Shown here: positions 58,674 through 64,000 of the stretch, one piece after another
Numbering within the stretch: position 1 is the stretch's first letter
Layout: each line of letters opens with the position of its first letter
DNA from: an uncultured Candidatus Poseidoniales archaeon
GTDB taxonomy: Archaea; Thermoplasmatota; Poseidoniia; Poseidoniales; Thalassarchaeaceae
NCBI GenBank assembly: GCA_963990035.1
Contig: CAXDMJ010000002.1
Location: 3,441 to 67,440, forward strand
Reading direction: 5' to 3'
DNA: 64,000 nucleotides
Position numbers and translations under genes: made by a program
The notes under the pieces: model-generated
Databases searched by the model: none
The model's input: the letters and a program-made list of their open reading frames with translations, nothing else
What the model was told of the DNA's origin: nothing

Positions 58674-61331
58674 GTGTATTCATTGGAATGGAGAGATGAA
58701 GCATGCATTATTTCTGGAGATTACCGGGACTGGCCAAATGATTCTAAAAAAACTGCAATTGAATTATGGTGTCGTTCTAAATCGGGTCATTCAATATTAT
58801 TATTGGTTAATGGGTTGAAACCTTACATTGAGATATCTGACCCTATGACAAATAGTGATTCAAAGTATCCTAATCTTTCTTTAGATGAAGTTACTAATGA
58901 TAGTAGAGTTTTAGGAGAGCCAATTGAATTAGGGAATAAATTGTATAATGGTCAGGAAAGACCTCATTGGCGCATCAATGTTATTTCTAGAGATTATAAA
59001 TATTATAATTCGTTACAAAAAAAATTATCTACGGATGGTTGGGATGTGACAAGTTCTGATATTTTTCTTATACATAAACTACTGATGGATTTCGATTTAG
59101 GTCCTCATATCTCTTTTTCCGGGGAAGTTCTCTGGGCCGGTAATCGTGCACCTGAAGAAATACCTCGAACAACTAATTCTAGCGAAGTAGCCGAAAAAAT
59201 AAGACAAATTGGTGGTGCTGGACTTTATCCTGTTGATTTAATAATGCATTGTGATGTTTCATCTCTGGCAAGAGCAGACCCGTTCCCTACTCCTTTCGTG
59301 ACTTTTTCTTATGATTTAGAAACAAGTGTAAAACATAACAATATTTTATGTGCAGCAGCAGTAATTGATAGGAATGGTGAAAGATTGATTAGAGAATATA
59401 GGGGTTCTGAAAGAGAAATCATGGAAGGTCTAACAAGATTAGTTCGAGAAGAAGATCCTGATTTTATTACCGGTTATAATATCGATAATTTTGATCTTCC
59501 GAGAATGCTAGATCGATCTGAAGAAAATAGTCCTAATTCATTATCGGACCAAGCTGCAATGTTTGGATGGGGTCGTTTACCTGCTACAAGAAATGAAATT
59601 GGTGTTAAATCACCAGGTAAAATCTTCCCTAAGAGACAAAATAACAGAGTATGGAGAATACCTGGACGGATACCTCTAGATGCTTGGTGGCAAGCTAGAC
59701 AAACGTTGAGCCCTCAAAGAGAATCTCTGAAATATGTATCTAATTTATTATGGCCAAATCAAGATGATAAACAAAAATTAGATATTGATGCTAGCCAAAT
59801 GGATATGGAATGGGCGAATAGACCTGATGAAGTGATGGATTATTGCGTTAGAGATACAATATTGCCATTAGATATTCTTGATAAACTAAAATCAATACCT
59901 CGAAAAGAAGCATTGGCATCAGTATCTTCGACAACCGTTGAAACAGCATCAACAGGTACAACTAGTCAATGGATTGATTCTCTAGTTGTTCGATTAGCCG
60001 ATAGGAATGGAGTTGCCATTCCAATAACAAATCGAACTACTGGGCGACGAGAGCAAATTGCTGGTGGCTATGTCCATGAAGTCGAACCAGGAACTAAAAA
60101 TTGGGTAGCAGTTCTTGATTTCAAATCTATGTATCCCTCAATAATGATCTCTAATAATATATGTTCGACAACATTAATTAGAGATTCTCATAAAGACTCT
60201 ACTCATTTTATTTCTCCAGTTACTGAGACGCGTTATTTATCTAAAGAAGATCGAATAGGACTAGTCCCTCTATTACTTCAGGGCTTAATGGATAGTCGGG
60301 ACAAATACAAGAAAGCATACTCCCAAGCACAAGAGGCAGGAGACGAAGATGGGGCATTCCTTAATGACCAATTACAGTATGCTGTAAAAATCCTCATGAA
60401 TTCATTCTATGGAGTATTTGCATCAAGTTTTTATCGTTTCACTCATGAAAAATTAGGTGCTAGTATTACTGAATGGGCTAGGTATAACATTACTGAAATT
60501 ATTTCTAATCTAGAGAAAGATGGTTATGATGTGGTTTATTCAGATACTGATTCAATATTTGTTTGTACTCGTACTGAAGAAAACACACCTGCTAAAAAAC
60601 CATCCGGCGGACCTGAATTATTAGCTTGGGAATCTGCTAAAGATGAAACGCTCAAACTAGGTGAACAATTAGCTAATCAATTTACCAAAGAAGGTGCAGA
60701 ATTAGAATTTGAAACAGCACTTTCTGCTTTCTTTTCTCATGGTGCTAAGAAAAGATATGTTGGTAGAGTAATTTGGCCTAGAGAAGAATTATTGATACGT
60801 GGATATGAAGTTAGGAGAACTGACTCTTTCAGTATACTAAGTAAAACTATGACTGAAATGTTTGAATTAATTTTAGAAGGAGATGAAGAAGGTGCAATTA
60901 ACTTGGCTAAATCCGTGATCACAGATGTTCATCAAGGAAAGGTCGAAACATCTGATTTGATAGTTAGTCGTTCGTGTAAAGGGTCTTGGGATAAGAAATC
61001 AGGGAAATGGGTATTTGACAAGATTTATGCAAATCCAGATAGCCTTCCATATGTTCGTGCTGCTAAAGAAAGAATTAGTAGAGGATTACAATTCACTCCA
61101 GGTATGAAAGTTGGTTACATTATTACTAATTCTAAATCAAGCCCTATGGGAATAAAGGCTTGGTTGGTCGATGAGATAGGTGGAGAACCACCTAAACCCG
61201 ACCCGCAGTATTACGTTAATAGGTTGGCTAAATCACTTGGTCGTATTACTTCTGCACTAAAATTTGATGAGGCACAATTAAAAGATTATGCGAAAAATCC
61301 TTCGACTCAAAAGTCCTTATTTGACTTTTAA
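58674..61331 (+). CDS. polB: Family B DNA polymerase with 3'-5' exonuclease
   Basis: DLET, GYN-x3-FD, DFKSMYPS, KILMNSFYG, YSDTDS, KKRY, PIP box QKSLFDF. Confidence 0.96.
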   Translation: MYSLEWRDEACIISGDYRDWPNDSKKTAIELWCRSKSGHSILLLVNGLKPYIEISDPMTNSDSKYPNLSLDEVTNDSRVLGEPIELGNKLYNGQERPHWRINVISRDYKYYNSLQKKLSTDGWDVTSSDIFLIHKLLMDFDLGPHISFSGEVLWAGNRAPEEIPRTTNSSEVAEKIRQIGGAGLYPVDLIMHCDVSSLARADPFPTPFVTFSYDLETSVKHNNILCAAAVIDRNGERLIREYRGSEREIMEGLTRLVREEDPDFITGYNIDNFDLPRMLDRSEENSPNSLSDQAAMFGWGRLPATRNEIGVKSPGKIFPKRQNNRVWRIPGRIPLDAWWQARQTLSPQRESLKYVSNLLWPNQDDKQKLDIDASQMDMEWANRPDEVMDYCVRDTILPLDILDKLKSIPRKEALASVSSTTVETASTGTTSQWIDSLVVRLADRNGVAIPITNRTTGRREQIAGGYVHEVEPGTKNWVAVLDFKSMYPSIMISNNICSTTLIRDSHKDSTHFISPVTETRYLSKEDRIGLVPLLLQGLMDSRDKYKKAYSQAQEAGDEDGAFLNDQLQYAVKILMNSFYGVFASSFYRFTHEKLGASITEWARYNITEIISNLEKDGYDVVYSDTDSIFVCTRTEENTPAKKPSGGPELLAWESAKDETLKLGEQLANQFTKEGAELEFETALSAFFSHGAKKRYVGRVIWPREELLIRGYEVRRTDSFSILSKTMTEMFELILEGDEEGAINLAKSVITDVHQGKVETSDLIVSRSCKGSWDKKSGKWVFDKIYANPDSLPYVRAAKERISRGLQFTPGMKVGYIITNSKSSPMGIKAWLVDEIGGEPPKPDPQYYVNRLAKSLGRITSALKFDEAQLKDYAKNPSTQKSLFDF

Positions 61332-61383
61332 GGCCTATCACGTAGAGCCGTAGGTTTGATGATACAAGGATATCACGCAAGGC

Positions 61384-62592
61384 ATGATGGCACGCGTTCG
61401 TGGACTTGCATTTTTGTTGGTTTTATTGATGATTAGCACACCTCTAGCAGGTTGTTTAGATCAATTTAGTGGTAATAATGCACCTTCTGCTACATTTTCC
61501 TTAAACCCTAACTCAAACATTCGTTCAGGTGACGAAGTAACATTCAATGCAGCTGGTTCATCTGATCCTGATGGAGATGCACTTACATTTTCATGGAACT
61601 TTGGAGATGGTAATACTGGTTCAGGGCTTACAACAACACATACTTTCAATCAGGATGGCGAATATTCAGTTAGATTAACAGTGAGTGATGGTTCATTAGA
61701 GGCTACAACTAAGAAGACTGTGAATATTATCGACCCTTCTGCTAGAGAGCCTAATGCAGAGATCAGTTCTGAGAAAGATGATGATTGTGATGGAGAAACT
61801 GCACCAGCAGGAAGTTTCGTCTTAATTTGGGTTTGTGAAGAAGATAAAGAAATAAGTGATAAAAAAGTAGAATTTACTACAAAAATCACTCTTGATGCTT
61901 CTGATTCATGGGCTGGATGTGACCCTGATGATTCAAATTGTTATGCTGAAGAATATATTGTGGAATGGAATTGGGACTTAGATACTAGTTATGATTCCGA
62001 TAATGATGGCGATTTAGAAAATGATATTGACGCTACTGGTGAAGAAATCGAGTGGGAAACTTTACCCTCTAATGGTGAAGCAATTAGTTCAGGTGCTTGG
62101 GAAGTACGTTTGACAGTAGTTGATAATAATGGTCTAACTTCTTCAGAGAGCACCAAGGTATATGTTAATTATCGTGGTGTTTGGTCTGATTTTGAAATAG
62201 ATCGTCGTTTAGGAAACGATCCAATAATAATGTCTTGGGAATATCCACTGTCATATGATACAGAGACTGATGATAGGATTCGTTATCTTAGAGTCAAACT
62301 AATCTATCCTGCAGAAGATGATGGAGCCGGAGGTCTTACTGTTGATTCTGAAAATATACTTGATATCTATATTTACAATAATACTAATGATGAAGTCGCT
62401 AATACCTCTGCTATTGGTACTGAGAATAGAGACGCAGGAGATTGTGATTCAGATGATCAATGCGTTTGGATGGTGATTAGTGGTTCAACTGTGCGTGGGA
62501 AATTACCTGGTGAATGGACTGCAGATATACAAAATGAGAAAACTCACAACACAGAGATAAAACATTTCATTATAGAACTCCAATATCGATGA
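61384..62592 (+). CDS. PKD-domain lipoprotein
   Basis: Lipobox LAGC, SSDPDG-x5-WNFGDG PKD motif, second PKD-like unit. Confidence 0.85.
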   Translation: MMARVRGLAFLLVLLMISTPLAGCLDQFSGNNAPSATFSLNPNSNIRSGDEVTFNAAGSSDPDGDALTFSWNFGDGNTGSGLTTTHTFNQDGEYSVRLTVSDGSLEATTKKTVNIIDPSAREPNAEISSEKDDDCDGETAPAGSFVLIWVCEEDKEISDKKVEFTTKITLDASDSWAGCDPDDSNCYAEEYIVEWNWDLDTSYDSDNDGDLENDIDATGEEIEWETLPSNGEAISSGAWEVRLTVVDNNGLTSSESTKVYVNYRGVWSDFEIDRRLGNDPIIMSWEYPLSYDTETDDRIRYLRVKLIYPAEDDGAGGLTVDSENILDIYIYNNTNDEVANTSAIGTENRDAGDCDSDDQCVWMVISGSTVRGKLPGEWTADIQNEKTHNTEIKHFIIELQYR

Positions 62593-62700
62593 ACTGCGCC
62601 GTTGTTACTACCACTAAAGTATCCGATTAATATATTCATTGAGATGAATGGATTCAAATATGGCTCTACGGTCGGCGAGTCTACCTTAGGGGTGTATCAA

Positions 62701-63987
62701 ATGGGTTCACAATGGGAAGATAGAAGCAAACCGCACTTGAATATAGTATTCGTTGGTCACGTTGACCATGGAAAATCGACAACAGTTGGGAGGCTACTTT
62801 TAGATAGTGGTCATATCGAACAACACGTAATCGATAAGAATGAAAAACTTGCACAAGAGCAAGGTAAGGCAGGTTTCGGTCTGGCTTATGTTATGGATGG
62901 ATTGAAAGAAGAGCGTGAGCGTGGAATTACTATCGATGTTGCTCACAAAGAATTCTATACTCCAAATTATTACTTCACTGTTATTGACGCACCTGGTCAC
63001 CGTGATTTCGTAAAGAACATGATCACTGGAACAAGCCAAGCAGATGCTGCTGTTCTTTGTGTTGCAGCTAACGATGGAGTAAACGCACAAACTAAGGAAC
63101 ACGCTTTCTTAGCACGTGTACTAGGAGTAAAACAACTAATTGTTAATATCAACAAGATGGATATTAGCGGTGTAGATTACTCAGAAGATAAATTCAACTC
63201 TGTTAAGACAGAAGTATCTAATCTATTGAAGATGGCTGGATTCAACCCAGCTGATGTTCCAATGATTGCAGGATCTTCTTTCTACGGAGAGAACATCTAC
63301 AACAAGAGTGAAAATATGTCATGGTACAAGGGACCTACTCTGTTCGAAGCAATTGATGGTATTCAGATGCCTCCGAAACCAACATCTCGTCCACTAAGAC
63401 TTCCTATTCAGGATGTTTACAAGATCAGCGGTATTGGAACTGTTCCAGTAGGAAAGATCGAGACTGGTGTTCTAAACTCAGGTAAGACTGTAGTATTCAA
63501 CCCAAGTCAGAAATCTGCTGAGGTTAAATCAATTGAGATGCACCACACAGTTCACGCTAAGGCTGAACCTGGTGATAACGTTGGATTCAACGTACGTGGT
63601 CTTGCTGCAACTGATATTCGCCGTGGAGACGTTGCTGGATACCCAGAAAGTGCACCTAGCTTCGTACGTCATGACGAAACATTCGTTGGACAAATCCAAC
63701 TTATGGAGATACCAAAGGCAATTGGTGTAGGATACACACCTGTATTCCACTGCCATACTAGCCAAGTAGCAGTTCGATTCGTTGAACTATTAGAGAATTC
63801 CAAAACTAAGGAAGCAAACCCTCCGTTCCTAAAGACCGGAGACGCTGCTTTGATTCGTTTCGGTCCAACCAAGCCAATGGCTATTGAACAGATGGATCAA
63901 TTCCCTGAACTTGCAAGATTCGCTATTCGTGACATGGGTAAAACCGTGGCTGCTGGCGTCTGCATGAAGATTGAGAAGAAAGCTTAG
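62701..63987 (+). CDS. tuf: Translation elongation factor EF-1alpha
   Basis: [34 protein letters not shown]. Start placed at ATG 62701. Confidence 0.97.
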   Translation: MGSQWEDRSKPHLNIVFVGHVDHGKSTTVGRLLLDSGHIEQHVIDKNEKLAQEQGKAGFGLAYVMDGLKEERERGITIDVAHKEFYTPNYYFTVIDAPGHRDFVKNMITGTSQADAAVLCVAANDGVNAQTKEHAFLARVLGVKQLIVNINKMDISGVDYSEDKFNSVKTEVSNLLKMAGFNPADVPMIAGSSFYGENIYNKSENMSWYKGPTLFEAIDGIQMPPKPTSRPLRLPIQDVYKISGIGTVPVGKIETGVLNSGKTVVFNPSQKSAEVKSIEMHHTVHAKAEPGDNVGFNVRGLAATDIRRGDVAGYPESAPSFVRHDETFVGQIQLMEIPKAIGVGYTPVFHCHTSQVAVRFVELLENSKTKEANPPFLKTGDAALIRFGPTKPMAIEQMDQFPELARFAIRDMGKTVAAGVCMKIEKKA

Positions 63988-64000
63988 AATTTTAGAAAGA

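Noticed and set aside
58674..61331. Intein or inactivated PolB
   Set aside because: Normal length, all polymerase and exonuclease motifs intact, no intein signature.
62602..62700. N-terminal extension of EF-1alpha
   Set aside because: Upstream TTG is unsupported; ATG 62701 has an SD-like GGGGTG and gives normal length.

Overview
AT-rich, densely coding archaeal chromosome segment, most consistent with Marine Group II Euryarchaeota (Ca. Poseidoniales). It has archaeal information genes (rps13-rps4-rps11-rpoD, rps8e, SRP19, FEN1, PolB, EF-1alpha, Sec61beta, tRNA-Arg, tRNA-Ser) and many bacterial-type metabolic genes (aceE, pckA, maeB, ribD, ilvE, pabC plus fused pabB-pabA, rimK-like). It also holds an A1-type heme-copper oxidase operon and several large secreted or membrane proteins. 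No CRISPR array, rRNA or transposase was seen. The best candidate for an undescribed system is at 50.4-54.7 kb: a SAP-domain (DNA-binding) membrane protein, then a Soj-like ParA, then, where parB normally sits, an EamA/DMT membrane transporter starting with the ParB/Spo0J ParA-activating peptide (KGLGRGL). A XerA-type recombinase lies about 1.2 kb upstream. Other highlights: a 21-bp inverted repeat enclosing tRNA-Ser, a CxCH/reeler-like domain fused to CoxI, a secreted Asp-rich/(GQ)17 protein, a CDIN1/TPD-like nuclease, an iodotyrosine deiodinase, and a fully structured rps13 leader. All assignments come from motif recognition by eye; no database searches were run.
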